Below, piece by piece: positions 28,339 to 39,941 of a DNA stretch of 64,000 nucleotides (position 1 is its first letter; each line of letters begins with the position of its first letter). The translations under genes were made by a program, and so were the position numbers. Where the stretch lies: NCBI GenBank assembly GCA_965202985.1, contig CBDBCF010000002.1:512001-576000 (forward strand). Direction: 5' to 3'. The notes beneath the pieces are model-generated. The model did no database searches, was not told the origin of the DNA, and saw only the letters and a list, made by a program, of their open reading frames with translations. This DNA is from Longimicrobiales bacterium (GTDB taxonomy: Bacteria; Gemmatimonadota; Gemmatimonadetes; Longimicrobiales; Gaopeijiaceae).

Positions 28339-29408
28339 ATCGCGACGAACACGACGGCCACGACGCTTCCGACGACCGGCACGACGCCCCCCGCGGTCCC
28401 GACGCCTCCGCCGACGCCCCGGACGACGCCCCCGCCACCCGCATCCTGAAGGAGATATCCTCGCGGGCGTGGGAGCACAGCGCGGACCGCGCCGCCTTGG
28501 CCGCGCTCCGCAAGTTGCCGCTCTTCGACCAAGTCCTCCGTGCGCTCTTCGGGTTCTTCGGCGAGAAGCCGATCCGCTTGGCGTTCCAAGCCAACGCCGT
28601 GCGCGTGGGACCGAACCAGTTCCCGCGCATTTGGGAGCTGTACGAAGAGGTGTGCACGACGCTGGACGCGCCCAAGCGCTATCCCCTGCTCGTGTCCCAG
28701 AACCCGGTGGTGAACGCCGGCGCCTACGGCATGGACGAGCCGTTCATCATCCTCAACTCGGGGACGCTGCAGCTGCTGGACGACCGGCAGGTGGCCTACG
28801 TGCTGGGCCACGAAGTCGGCCACATCATGAGCGACCACGTGCTCTACCGCACCATGACCGAGCTGCTGATCAACCTGGCCAAGATGGGGTTCCCGATCGT
28901 GGGGCTTGCCGCCCGCGCGATCCTGATCGGCCTCTTGGAGTGGTCCCGCAAGGCCGAGCTGTCGGCGGACCGGGCCGGGCTGCTGGCGGTGCAGAACCCG
29001 GACGGCGTCATGCGAACGATGCTCAAGATGGCCGGCGGCGGGCGGGACGACGAGACGTCGCTGCCCGAGTTCGTGCAGCAGGCCGAGGAGTATCGCGAAT
29101 CGGGCGACTTGGCGGACCAGGTCTTCAAGGTCCTGAACCTGCTTGCCCAGAGCCATCCGTTCTGGGTGCTGCGAGTGTCCGAGCTGCGGAGCTGGATCGA
29201 GTCGGGCGAATACGACCGCGTGATGCGAGGCGAGTACCCGCGGCGGGGCGAGCCCAACCCCGCCTACAAGGAGGACTTGGCCGAGGCCGCCAACGCCTAC
29301 AAGACCGGCGCCAAGGACCTGCTGGACCAGATGGGCGGCGCTGCCCGCCGTATGGGAGAGAACCTTCGCGGCGTCGGCGAGAACTTCCGCGACACCTTCC
29401 GCAAGTGA
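28335..29408 (+). CDS. M48 family zinc metallopeptidase
   Basis: VNAGAYG, HEVGH, WSRKAELSADR, SHP...R. Confidence 0.88.
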   Translation: MNRDEHDGHDASDDRHDAPRGPDASADAPDDAPATRILKEISSRAWEHSADRAALAALRKLPLFDQVLRALFGFFGEKPIRLAFQANAVRVGPNQFPRIWELYEEVCTTLDAPKRYPLLVSQNPVVNAGAYGMDEPFIILNSGTLQLLDDRQVAYVLGHEVGHIMSDHVLYRTMTELLINLAKMGFPIVGLAARAILIGLLEWSRKAELSADRAGLLAVQNPDGVMRTMLKMAGGGRDDETSLPEFVQQAEEYRESGDLADQVFKVLNLLAQSHPFWVLRVSELRSWIESGEYDRVMRGEYPRRGEPNPAYKEDLAEAANAYKTGAKDLLDQMGGAARRMGENLRGVGENFRDTFRK

Positions 29409-29466
29409 CGGCCGGGCGCTCCGTCGCGACCCGCGTGCACCGCCGCGCGCAAGCCTCGGAGGCGGC

Positions 29467-30800
<1,334 letters not shown>

Positions 30801-30804
<4 letters not shown>

Positions 30805-31121
30805 TCATCACCACGACGCCGGGACTGGAAGGCCACCCGATCCGCGAGTACCTGGGGATCGTGACGGGCGAAGCGATCATCGGCGCCAACATCGTCAAGG
30901 ACTTCCTGGCCGGCATCCGGGACATCGTGGGCGGTCGGTCCGGCGCCTACGAACAGGCGCTTCGCACGGCCCGGGAAGAGGCCCTCCGCGAGATGGCCGA
31001 GGAGGCGCGGGCGCGCGGCGCCAACGCGATCGTCGGCGTGGACCTGGACTACGAGGTCCTGGGTTCCGGGAACGGGATGTTGATGGTGTCGGCCAGCGGA
31101 ACCGCCGTGGCGCTCGACTAG
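30801..31121 (+). CDS. UPF0145 (YbjQ) family protein
   Basis: [51 protein letters not shown]. Confidence 0.92.
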
Positions 31122-31125
31122 CGCG

Positions 31126-32025
31126 GTGCCCGAACTCCCGGAGGCGGAGACGATCGCCCGGGGGCTGAACCAGGTTCTGCCCGGCAAGGCGGTGCGCCGG
31201 ATCGAGGTCGTGCGCGAGGACGTGCTGGCCGCCCCGGCCGCACGGTTCGCCGTCGCCTTGCGGGGGAACCGCATCCGCTGCGCCGGGCGGCGCGGCAAGA
31301 ACGTGGTGCTGGAGTTCGACGACCGCATGCGCGTGGTCGTGAACCTGGGCATGACCGGTCGGTTGCTTCCCCTACCGGCAGCGGACGGGACCGGGCCGGA
31401 TCGCCGCGGTCCGCGCCCTTCGGCGCCGCCTGTCGGGCACCCCGCCGTGGTCTTCCACTTGGACGACGGCGGCCGGCTGGTCTACGACGACGCCCGCCGC
31501 TTCGGCCGACTGTCGCTGCTTCGCGCCGGCGAGTGGAGGCGATGGTCGCGCGGCCTGGGTCCCGAGCCCCTGTCTCCCCGATTTTCGGCCAAGGTGCTCG
31601 GGGCCATTCTCGGCGGGCGCACAGCCCCCGTTCGCTCGATTCTGCTGGACCAGAAGCAGATCGCCGGCGTGGGCAACATCTACGCCGTGGAGGCGCTCTG
31701 GTCCGCCTGCGTTCATCCCCGGCTTCCGTCCGGCGCCGTCGATGCCGAGGCCGTCCGACGCCTGCACCGCTCGCTTCGCAGGGTGCTGCGCGACGCGATC
31801 CGCGCTCGGGGAACGACCCTTCGGGACTATCGAACGTCGGAGGGGACCTTGGGCGGGTTCGGCCCCGCCCTGCGCGCCTACGGACGAGAGGGCGAGTCCT
31901 GCGGCCGGTGCCGAGCGTCGATTCGCCGGATCGTCTTCTCGGGACGCTCCGCCTTCTACTGCCCCGGCTGCCAAGGATCGGGCACCGACCCTCGACGCGT
32001 TCACCCCAAGGCGAAGCCGACGTGA
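31126..32025 (+). CDS. mutM: Formamidopyrimidine-DNA glycosylase
   Basis: N-terminal PELPE, RRGK, LGMTG, LLDQ..IAGVGNIY, C-terminal CxxC..CxxC zinc finger. Confidence 0.95.
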   Translation: MPELPEAETIARGLNQVLPGKAVRRIEVVREDVLAAPAARFAVALRGNRIRCAGRRGKNVVLEFDDRMRVVVNLGMTGRLLPLPAADGTGPDRRGPRPSAPPVGHPAVVFHLDDGGRLVYDDARRFGRLSLLRAGEWRRWSRGLGPEPLSPRFSAKVLGAILGGRTAPVRSILLDQKQIAGVGNIYAVEALWSACVHPRLPSGAVDAEAVRRLHRSLRRVLRDAIRARGTTLRDYRTSEGTLGGFGPALRAYGREGESCGRCRASIRRIVFSGRSAFYCPGCQGSGTDPRRVHPKAKPT

Positions 32026-33578
32026 CGACGCGGCCAACGGACCCGGCGCAGTGCTCACCTTCCTCGCCGCCCTGGCGTCGCCCCGCGCGCCTGATCGCCT
32101 GCTTGGCCGCCGCTTGGCTGGCCCCGCCGTCCGCGTCCGCCCAGCCGGCACGGCAAGCGCCCGGCGAATCGCTGCCTGTCGTACGCCATGTCCTTCCGAA
32201 CGGCATGACGTTCTTGATCCTCGAGCGCCGCCAGTCCCCCACGGCGGCGATGGTGGTGCACTACGCGACCGGCTCCGTCGACGAGCACCTGGGCAACACG
32301 GGCACGGCCCACGTCCTGGAACACCTGATGTTCAAGGGCTCCCGCGAGATCGGCGCCACGGACCACGCCGGCGAGGCCGTCCTGCTGGAGGCCGTGGACG
32401 CGGCCCGCGACTCGATGATCGCGGCGCTGACCGGCCCCCGCCCCGACTCCGCGCGGGCTCGGCGCTTCCGCCGGACGGCCCGGTCGCTGGAGGACCAGGC
32501 CCGCGCCTTCGTGATCCCCAACGAGTTCGACCAGCTGCTGTCGGCGGAGGGCGCGCGCGGCCTCAACGCCACCACGTCCCACGAAGCCACACGGTACTTC
32601 GTCGAGCTGCCGGCCAACCGCGTGGAACTTTGGTTCGCCCTCGAGTCGGACCGCATGGCCAACCCCGTCTTCCGCGAGTTCCTGACCGAGCTGGACGTGG
32701 TGGCCGAAGAGCGCCGCCTTCGCCTGGAGACCAGTCCGGGGGGCGTCCTGGAACGCGCATTCCTGGCGACCGCGTTCCAAGTCCACCCGTACGGCGTGCC
32801 CGTGGTGGGCCACTCGTCGGACTTGGAGACCCTGACGCGACGCCGAGTCCAAGCGTTCTTCCGCGCCCACTACGGCCCCCGCAACGCCGTCGCCGCCGTG
32901 GTGGGCGACGTGGACGCCGATCAGATCAAGGAGTGGGCGGACAAGTACTTCGGGCCGCTCCCAGGCGGCGTGCCGTCCGCTCCCGTCCTGGCGCGCGAGC
33001 CGGAACAGGTGGGAGAGCGCCGCGTCACGGTGGAGTTCGAGGCCGAGCCCCGCGTGCTCGTCGGTTGGCGCGCAGTGGACGTCCGGCACGAGGACGCCCC
33101 CGCCCTGTCGATGCTGGCGGCGGTGCTCTCGGCCGGAAGAACGACGCGCCTCTACCGTCGCTTGGTGGCTGGGGACCGGTCGGCGGTTCACGTGGCCGCC
33201 TACCTGGGACCGGGCACGCGCTACTCGGGCCTCTTCATCGTGTCGGCCGTGCCCCGATCGCCCCATGCCCCGGCAGAAGTCGAGGCGGCCATATACGAAG
33301 AGATCGCCAAGCTGCAGGACACGCCCCCGGACTCGGCGGCGCTGTCCCGCATCCGGAACCAGCTCCGCGCGGGCGAACTGCGCCGGCTGGCTTCGAACCT
33401 GGGGCTGGCGCAGCAGCTGGCCGAATCGGAGGCCGCCCGGGGAGACTGGCGCGAGACGTTCCGCACCGCAGGTCGCCTGACCGGCGTGACCCCCGCCGAC
33501 GTGAGCCGGGTCGCGCGGACGTACCTGATCGACGGTCGCCGCACGGTCGCCACGATGGTCACGAAAGCACCGTCGTGA
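32022..33578 (+). CDS. M16 family zinc peptidase, catalytic subunit
   Basis: LPNG, GSVDE, HVLEHLMFKG (HxxEH), LNATTS, EERR, HPY. Signal peptide present. Confidence 0.9.
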   Translation: MTTRPTDPAQCSPSSPPWRRPARLIACLAAAWLAPPSASAQPARQAPGESLPVVRHVLPNGMTFLILERRQSPTAAMVVHYATGSVDEHLGNTGTAHVLEHLMFKGSREIGATDHAGEAVLLEAVDAARDSMIAALTGPRPDSARARRFRRTARSLEDQARAFVIPNEFDQLLSAEGARGLNATTSHEATRYFVELPANRVELWFALESDRMANPVFREFLTELDVVAEERRLRLETSPGGVLERAFLATAFQVHPYGVPVVGHSSDLETLTRRRVQAFFRAHYGPRNAVAAVVGDVDADQIKEWADKYFGPLPGGVPSAPVLAREPEQVGERRVTVEFEAEPRVLVGWRAVDVRHEDAPALSMLAAVLSAGRTTRLYRRLVAGDRSAVHVAAYLGPGTRYSGLFIVSAVPRSPHAPAEVEAAIYEEIAKLQDTPPDSAALSRIRNQLRAGELRRLASNLGLAQQLAESEAARGDWRETFRTAGRLTGVTPADVSRVARTYLIDGRRTVATMVTKAPS

Positions 33579-35305
33579 CGCATCCGCGCCGTCGCGCCGT
33601 CGGCCGTCGGGCCGCCCGCATCGCGCTGATCGTCCAGGCCGCCCTCGCCCTGCTCGCCATCCAGCCGCTCCCCGTCGTCGCCGCGCAGGCGCAGCCCCCG
33701 GCACGCCCGGTCGCCGAGGGCTCGGTCCGGGACGCCATCGCCGCGCTTCGCTTCCCCGAGCTGCGCTTCACGCCCGTCCGGGCGCAGGTCGCCTCCGTTC
33801 GCGGCGTGCCCGTGTACTACGTGCAGGACCGAGAACTGCCGCTGGTCACCTTCTACGCCACCTTCCGGGGCGGCATCCGACGACTGCCCAGGGACTACTT
33901 CGCCGCGGCGCTGGCGCTGCCCGGCCTCCTGCGCGCCGGCGGCACGGCCTCGCTGCCCCCGGACTCGGTGGACGACCGGATCGAGTCGCTGGCGCTCTCC
34001 ATGAGCTTCGGACAAGGCGGAGAAAGCGCTTCGGCTTGGGTCAACTCTCTGTCGGAGCACGCGGAGACGGCGGTTTCGCTCTGGTCGGAGATGCTTCGCC
34101 TTCCGCGCTTCGATTCGGCCCAGGTGGAGCAGTGGCGCGGCGCGGAGCTGGAGCGCGTGCGGCGGCGCGGAGACGATCCGGGGGCGCTGGCGTTCGGCCT
34201 CTTCAACCACATCATGTACGGCGACCACCCGGTGGGCTGGCAGATGACGCCGGAGGACTTGGAGCCCGCGGATTTGGCCCTCGACAAGCTCCGGTTCGTG
34301 CACCGCGCGGTGGTCTGCCCCGGCGCCATGTCGGTCGGGATCGTGGGCGACATCGGGCGGGCGGAGGCCCTGGACCTGGTGGATCGCATGCTCCAAGGCT
34401 GGCCCCCCTGTTCGGGCGACTTGAGCGACGATCCCGCGCCCCGAATCCGAGACGAACCGGGGGTCTTCGTTCTGCACAAGGAGATCGAGCAGAGCGTCGT
34501 GGTGCTGGCGCACGCGTCCGCCCTTCGGCAGGAAGACGCGCCCGCCTACTTCGCCTCGCGCGTGGCCAACTCGATCTTGGGCGCTTCCGGCCTGTCCAGC
34601 CGCCTCAGCGCCGTCCTGCGCACCCGCGAAGGCCTGGCCTACGGCGCCGCCTCGGTTTGGACGGCGCCGCGCCGGCACGACGGCTTGGTCGGCGCCCTGA
34701 CGCGCACCCGGCCCGACGCCACCCTGGCCGCGGCCCGCCTCCTCCTCGGCGTCGTCGATTCCATGCGGACGGCCCCGCCCTCCACGCAGGAAGTCGCCCT
34801 GGCGATCGACGAAGCCACCAACGGCTTCGTGTTCAACTTCCAGACTCCGTTCCAAGTCGTGGCCCGCCGCATGGCCCTGGACAACATGGAGCTGCCGGAA
34901 GACTGGATGGAGCGCTACCTGGCCGGGGTCCGCGACGTCACGCCGGAGCGCGTCCAGCACGTCTTCCTGCAACACGTGGACCCGTCCCGCATGACGATCC
35001 TCTTGGTCGGCGACACAACCCGGTTCGACGGATCGCCGTCCGAGCTGGGCGCCGTTACGGTCTTGCCTTCGACCCAAAGTGAAGCGCCGCGATCCCTCCC
35101 GTCAGGAACCGCCAACCGACGCCGCGAAAGCCGGCGCTCCGCAGGCGCTCCGCGACGCCCTCCGGGCCCGGAAAGCCCTTCACCGACTCGGGCAGGTAAG
35201 AGTAGGCCCAAGGATGTCCCGACACGCGCTTCCCCACCCACGGCAGGACGTGCTCGAAGTAGAGCCGGTAGGCCGAGCCCAAGAGCCTGCCGGGCGGCGA
35301 CGTGA
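33575..35305 (+). CDS. M16 family peptidase, non-catalytic partner subunit
   Basis: DRELPLV, SSRL..LRTREGLAYG (R/Y pair), no HxxEH. Conserved part ends near 35070 but the ORF runs on to 35305. Confidence 0.85.
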   Translation: MTHPRRRAVGRRAARIALIVQAALALLAIQPLPVVAAQAQPPARPVAEGSVRDAIAALRFPELRFTPVRAQVASVRGVPVYYVQDRELPLVTFYATFRGGIRRLPRDYFAAALALPGLLRAGGTASLPPDSVDDRIESLALSMSFGQGGESASAWVNSLSEHAETAVSLWSEMLRLPRFDSAQVEQWRGAELERVRRRGDDPGALAFGLFNHIMYGDHPVGWQMTPEDLEPADLALDKLRFVHRAVVCPGAMSVGIVGDIGRAEALDLVDRMLQGWPPCSGDLSDDPAPRIRDEPGVFVLHKEIEQSVVVLAHASALRQEDAPAYFASRVANSILGASGLSSRLSAVLRTREGLAYGAASVWTAPRRHDGLVGALTRTRPDATLAAARLLLGVVDSMRTAPPSTQEVALAIDEATNGFVFNFQTPFQVVARRMALDNMELPEDWMERYLAGVRDVTPERVQHVFLQHVDPSRMTILLVGDTTRFDGSPSELGAVTVLPSTQSEAPRSLPSGTANRRRESRRSAGAPRRPPGPESPSPTRAGKSRPKDVPTRASPPTAGRARSRAGRPSPRACRAAT

Positions 35306-35831
35306 ACTCCAGCAGCACCACGCGGCCGTCGGGCGCCAGCACGCGGTGTAGCTCGCGAAGCCCCGCGTCCAAGTCGCTCAGGTTGCGCGCACCGAAGCCG
35401 ACTGCGGCCCCGGCAAAGGCGCCGGCGGCAAGAGGCAGGCGCTCTGCGTCGCCGCACAACGGCAGGACCCGCCGCCCGATCGTCTTGGACAGCCCCTGGG
35501 CCAGCATCGGAAACGCAAAGTCCGCGCCGACCACCTTGCCTCGGAAGCCGGGTTGCCGAGCCAGCTCCAGCGCCAGGTCGAAGGTGCCGGCGCAGGCGTC
35601 CAGGAACACGCCGTCGGGCGCGCGATCCCAGGCCAATGCGCGAACGGCCCTGCGTCGCCACCTGCGATCGATGTTGAGGCTGAGCACGTGATTCAGCAGG
35701 TCGTACCGAGGCGCAATCTCGCTGAAGAGCGTCCGAACCTGGGCGGCCCGATCCCGGCCGGCGGCGGGCTTCGAGCTCCAAGAAGCGGGGCTCGCTTTGC
35801 TTTGCGCGGCCAAGGGCGGCTCCGGGGCCAA
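35055..35831 (-). CDS. ubiE: Ubiquinone/menaquinone C-methyltransferase (UbiE/MenG)
   Basis: FSEIAPRYDLLNHVLS, LDACAGT, GFGARN, LEF, YSYLPESV. Start approximate. Confidence 0.9.
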   Translation of the reverse strand: MAPEPPLAAQSKASPASWSSKPAAGRDRAAQVRTLFSEIAPRYDLLNHVLSLNIDRRWRRRAVRALAWDRAPDGVFLDACAGTFDLALELARQPGFRGKVVGADFAFPMLAQGLSKTIGRRVLPLCGDAERLPLAAGAFAGAAVGFGARNLSDLDAGLRELHRVLAPDGRVVLLEFTSPPGRLLGSAYRLYFEHVLPWVGKRVSGHPWAYSYLPESVKGFPGPEGVAERLRSAGFRGVGWRFLTGGIAALHFGSKARP

Positions 35832-35903
35832 TGAAAGAATTCCGCGACGAGGACGGTAGACGTAGGATAAGAAGGATACGCACACCACGGAGACCGGCGG
35901 AAC

Positions 35904-36497
35904 TTGAACAAGCCCGTTCCAAGCGACAAGGCGCTGGCCGCAAAGGCCTCCGCCGGACACGAGAGGGCGTTCCGCGACCTGATGACGCGCTACGAGAAGC
36001 CCGTCTTCTCGCTCGTCTTCCGCATGGTCCGGGACCGCAGCCTGGCCGAAGACCTGGCGCAAGAAACCTTCATTCGCGCCTTTACCGCCATCCGCAGCTA
36101 CAACCCCAGCTACAAGTTCTCCAGCTGGATCTTCAAGATCGCCCACAACCTGACGATCGACCACCTTCGCAAGAGGCGCCTCGAAACGGTGTCGATCCAC
36201 GGCGCCCCCGACGCGCTCACCGAAGAGGAGCAGGCGCGAACCAGTCTGGAGCTGGAGGATACCGGCGAGCTTCCCGACGCATACGTGGAGAACCTGGAGC
36301 TGGGCACCCAGATCGAACGCGCGATCGGCCGGCTCCGACCCGAGTACCGAACCGCGACGCTCCTGCGGCACGTCGAGGGCTACTCCTACCAGGAGATCGC
36401 CGAGATCATGGACTTGCCCCTGGGCACGGTGAAGACGTACATCCACCGAGCCCGACTCGAACTCAAGGAGATGCTGGCCGACGTGGCGAGACCGTGA
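35904..36497 (+). CDS. ECF RNA polymerase sigma factor (SigW/RpoE-like)
   Basis: AEDLAQETFIRA, FSSWIFKIAHN, SYQEIAEIMDLPLGTVKTYIHRAR. Confidence 0.95.
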   Translation: MNKPVPSDKALAAKASAGHERAFRDLMTRYEKPVFSLVFRMVRDRSLAEDLAQETFIRAFTAIRSYNPSYKFSSWIFKIAHNLTIDHLRKRRLETVSIHGAPDALTEEEQARTSLELEDTGELPDAYVENLELGTQIERAIGRLRPEYRTATLLRHVEGYSYQEIAEIMDLPLGTVKTYIHRARLELKEMLADVARP

Positions 36498-36557
36498 GAA
36501 CTTGTCGCCGAGCCGCGGGAGCCCGTTTGTCGAGGCGACCGCTCCGGCGCCGAAGCG

Positions 36558-36584
36558 TGAAACCCGTTGCCTAAGCAAGTCGTA
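36558..36584 (+). promoter_or_regulatory. ECF-type promoter TGAAAC-N17-CGTA
   Basis: Matches the Bacillus SigW/SigM-type consensus. Lies between the sigma gene and the anti-sigma RBS (AAAGGAG). Confidence 0.6.
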
Positions 36585-36614
36585 ATGGGCGCAACGAAAG
36601 GAGTCGCGTAGACC

Positions 36615-37460
36615 GTGCACAGCCGAGACACAGAACACGTCGGGTTGCCCTCGCAGGCGTCCGCCGACGCCCCGGGCCGGGAACGGGAGCCGGACGAGGA
36701 GCTGGCCGCCCGCGTGGACGTGGCGTTGCACACTTTGCCGCAGCTGGCGCCCGCGCCGGATTTTCAGGTGCGGGTCCTGGCTCAGCTGCGCATCCGGAAG
36801 TTCGCCTGGGTGCGGCTTCGCGCCTGGCTGACCGGCTCGAGCTGCGGCGTTCCCGACCCCTTCGGTGCGCTGTTGGAGGGCGGCATCTCCCGACGGCAGG
36901 CCCGGGCCCTGGCCGCCTTCGTCGCCGTCGACCCCGAAGCCGCCGCGGCCGTGGCCGACCGCAAGCGGCTGGCCGAGAGGATCGCGCGTGTTCCCTCGCT
37001 GGGGCCGCGACTCGGCTTCCCGGACCGAGTCATGGCCCGCGTTCCCGTGACCCCGCTCCCCTTCCGACACCGCGCCCTTGCCCGAGCCCGCGCGCAAGCG
37101 GCCAAGCTGCTTCCGGGGCGCAGGGAACGCTTGGCGGCCGTGTTCGGCCTCGCGTTCGGGCCCGCGGCGGCCTTTGGCGCGGGCTTTGCCGTGCTCAGCG
37201 ACCCGCTGGCCACCGTGGCCAACGTCGGAGGGTTCGCATGGGCTTGGCTCGGAACTTTCTTGCCCCAGCTGGCCGGGGCGTCGGCTGGCGCGCTGGAAGG
37301 CGCTGGCGCCGGCGGCCTCGTCCCCGCGGTCGCGGCTCCCGTCGTTGTCGCCGGACTGTTGGTCCTGGCCGCCCTCGCGGTGTTGTCCAGCTGGATTCTC
37401 TACAGGAACTTCGTCAAGGTCGTCGCGGTGGAGCACCAAGATGTGCAAGTACCGGTATAG
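36615..37460 (+). CDS. Putative membrane anti-sigma factor
   Basis: Follows the ECF gene. Two LP..AP..F..RV-type motifs and two hydrophobic segments. Confidence 0.7.
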   Translation: MHSRDTEHVGLPSQASADAPGREREPDEELAARVDVALHTLPQLAPAPDFQVRVLAQLRIRKFAWVRLRAWLTGSSCGVPDPFGALLEGGISRRQARALAAFVAVDPEAAAAVADRKRLAERIARVPSLGPRLGFPDRVMARVPVTPLPFRHRALARARAQAAKLLPGRRERLAAVFGLAFGPAAAFGAGFAVLSDPLATVANVGGFAWAWLGTFLPQLAGASAGALEGAGAGGLVPAVAAPVVVAGLLVLAALAVLSSWILYRNFVKVVAVEHQDVQVPV

Positions 37461-39018
37461 CCCCCTGGCCGCCTCGGCCGCCGTCGCGCTGGCCGCGCTT
37501 CTCGCCCCGACTTCGCCGGTGCGGGGTCAGGAGCGCAGCGTCTTGTCCAACCAAGTGGAGGTGTCCGCCAGAGCGGCATCGTTGCGCCTGGAGTTCTCCG
37601 AGGGACCGCCCCTGTCAGTGGCGTTCGGGGACGGGAGGGTCGTGGTGGACGGCCAAGTCGTGGGCGACTACCAGCCCGGCGGTCGGGCCGACCAAGCATG
37701 GCGCGAGCTGCTGGCCGCGGTTCTGCCCTTGTCGGACGGCCCCTTGGCGCAGGAACTTGCGCGTTGGAGCCCCGGCCCCGGCCTGCCCGAGGCCGATCTG
37801 GCCCTCTTGAACACAGTGGACCGGGCCATCGACGCCGCCGTTGCCGGAGCATCCGGCGACCTCCAAAGGACGCGCATCGCGCCCGCGGTCGTCGGTCTCT
37901 TGGAGATCCTGTCCAGCGACGGCCGCTTCGGCGAACTCGGCGCGGCCCTGGAAGGCGTGGACCTCGAGTCCATGGAGGTCGTGCTGGACGACGACCGCGT
38001 GGTCGTTCAGGGCGAATCCGTGCACGGCAGCGTCCTCGTGGCCGGGAGCGAGCTGGAGGTGCACGGCCGGATCGCCGGACATGCGATCCTGGTGGACGGA
38101 GTTCTCGTGATCGAGGAAGGCGGAACCGTCGAAGGCGACGCGCGCGTCGTGGACGGCCGAGTGGAGGAACGGGGCGGAACGCTTCGGGGCGACGTGGTCG
38201 ATCTCCTGCACGAGCCGGACGCGAACCGCAACCAGGACATGGACCGGGTCCGGCACGAGATGAGGGAGCAGGTGCGACAGGAAGTGCGGCGCGAAATCGA
38301 ACGAGACCGCTCTCGGGGCCGCGGCGGCTTGCTGGGCAGCCGCGGTCCGGTCGCCCGAGCCTTGGGCGACTTGTTCGAGGCCGTGGCGACGTTCGTGGTC
38401 CTCGCCCTTGCGATGCTGTTGATGGCGCGGATCGCCGGCGAGCGGGTGGACGCGGTGACCGAGGCCATAGGCCACAACCCGGCCCGGAGCGCCGCCGTGG
38501 GGTTCGCGGGCGGCTTCTTGATGCTTCCGATCTACGTGGTGGGGATCGTCCTGCTGGCCGTGTCGATCGTCGGCATCCCTCTGTTGCTGGCGTGGGCCCC
38601 GCTGTTTCCGCTGGCCGTGGTGGCCGCCGGGTTCGCGGGCTACGTGGGCGTCAGCCATCACGTGGGGCGGTGGGTGCTCCGGCAGGACCTTTCTTGGCTT
38701 TCCCGAGCCGACGCGCGAAATCCGGTTCACGTCAAGCTCGTCGGAATGGCCGCGCTCCTGGCGCCGTTCCCCGTGGCCGGCGTTCTCAGGGTGTTTCCCG
38801 TGGTCGGCTGGACGGGGAGCGTCGTGCACGCCTTGGGCATCCTGGGTTGCTTCGCGGCGGTGATCGTAGGCTTGGGGGCGGTGCTCATCACGCGGGGAGG
38901 ACGCTACCCCGCCAGCTCCTACGCCTTTGCCGACGCGCTCGACGACCTGGGGGCGCACCCGGATTGGCCCGATCAGAGCGAGCCGCCCGACGCCCCGTCG
39001 GAAGACGCCCCATCATGA
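37441..39018 (+). CDS. Signal-peptide membrane protein with bactofilin-like beta-helix and multi-TM C-terminus
   Basis: Repeats VHGSVLV, VHGRIAGHAIL, VEGDARVVDG, LRGDVV, followed by several TM helices (SIVGIPLL). Confidence 0.75.
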   Translation: MCKYRYSPLAASAAVALAALLAPTSPVRGQERSVLSNQVEVSARAASLRLEFSEGPPLSVAFGDGRVVVDGQVVGDYQPGGRADQAWRELLAAVLPLSDGPLAQELARWSPGPGLPEADLALLNTVDRAIDAAVAGASGDLQRTRIAPAVVGLLEILSSDGRFGELGAALEGVDLESMEVVLDDDRVVVQGESVHGSVLVAGSELEVHGRIAGHAILVDGVLVIEEGGTVEGDARVVDGRVEERGGTLRGDVVDLLHEPDANRNQDMDRVRHEMREQVRQEVRREIERDRSRGRGGLLGSRGPVARALGDLFEAVATFVVLALAMLLMARIAGERVDAVTEAIGHNPARSAAVGFAGGFLMLPIYVVGIVLLAVSIVGIPLLLAWAPLFPLAVVAAGFAGYVGVSHHVGRWVLRQDLSWLSRADARNPVHVKLVGMAALLAPFPVAGVLRVFPVVGWTGSVVHALGILGCFAAVIVGLGAVLITRGGRYPASSYAFADALDDLGAHPDWPDQSEPPDAPSEDAPS

Positions 39019-39893
39019 CGATTCGAGTCGGCGCGACGGCCGCGCTCCTGGCGATTCCGGTCGCGGCAGCGCCCAGTCCAGGCCCGGCGGCCGCCGCCGC
39101 CCAGAGCTGGAAGACCTTCGTTTCGTCCCGGCAACCTGCGGGCGAAGAGGAACTGCGCGTTCGCGTCAGCTACGGCGCCGGAGCCTTGACGCTTCGGCGG
39201 GGCGGCGACGGTGCGCTCTACCGGCTGGTCCTTCGCTACGACGAGGAATCGGCACAACCTCTGGCCGAGTACCGCGACGGACGCCTGCGCGCGGGCGCCT
39301 CCAAGGCCGACGGACGAGGCATCCGCTTCGCCGGCTTTGGAGACCGAACGTCCCAGAACGCGCTGGACCTGGAGCTGGGAACGGATGTTCCGCTGGAGCT
39401 CGACTTGGCGTTTGGCGCCGGCGAGGCCGAGCTGGACCTGACCGGGCTGCCCATACGCGAGCTGGAAGTGAGCACGGGGGCCTCCGAATCCATGCTCCGC
39501 ATCGATCAAGTCAACCCGGAACGGATGGAGTTGGCGTCGTTCAAGGTCGGCGTGGCGGACTTCCGCGTCCGAGGACTGGGCAACTTGGCCGCCGAAGAGG
39601 TCCGGCTGACGGCGGGGCTGGGCTCGGTGACGCTCGGCCTTGACGGCAAGTGGCCCGCGGACGCGCGCCTAGTCCTGGAGATGGGGCTGGGCGCACTGAG
39701 CCTTCGAGCCCCCGAGGAACTGGGTGTGCAGATCCGTGCCGAAAGCAACTTTCTGGCGTCCCTCGACTTGGAGGGAATGGAAGAACACGAGGACGACGTT
39801 CATCGGTCCGCGAACTGGGAGCGGGCCGAACGGCGCGTAGAGGTCGAAGTGTCGGCCGCCCTGGGAAGCATCGAGTTGGTGAGGACCCCGTGA
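39015..39893 (+). CDS. Exported LiaF/'toast-rack'-like beta-helix envelope protein
   Basis: Signal peptide; repeated units GAGALTL, GAGEAELDL, GASES, GLGSVTL, GLGALSL, ALGSIEL. Confidence 0.7.
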   Translation: MTIRVGATAALLAIPVAAAPSPGPAAAAAQSWKTFVSSRQPAGEEELRVRVSYGAGALTLRRGGDGALYRLVLRYDEESAQPLAEYRDGRLRAGASKADGRGIRFAGFGDRTSQNALDLELGTDVPLELDLAFGAGEAELDLTGLPIRELEVSTGASESMLRIDQVNPERMELASFKVGVADFRVRGLGNLAAEEVRLTAGLGSVTLGLDGKWPADARLVLEMGLGALSLRAPEELGVQIRAESNFLASLDLEGMEEHEDDVHRSANWERAERRVEVEVSAALGSIELVRTP

Positions 39894-39941
39894 GCGCCGG
39901 CCTGCTTGACCCGGGGGGCGGTCAGCTTGGCGGGGCGCGAC

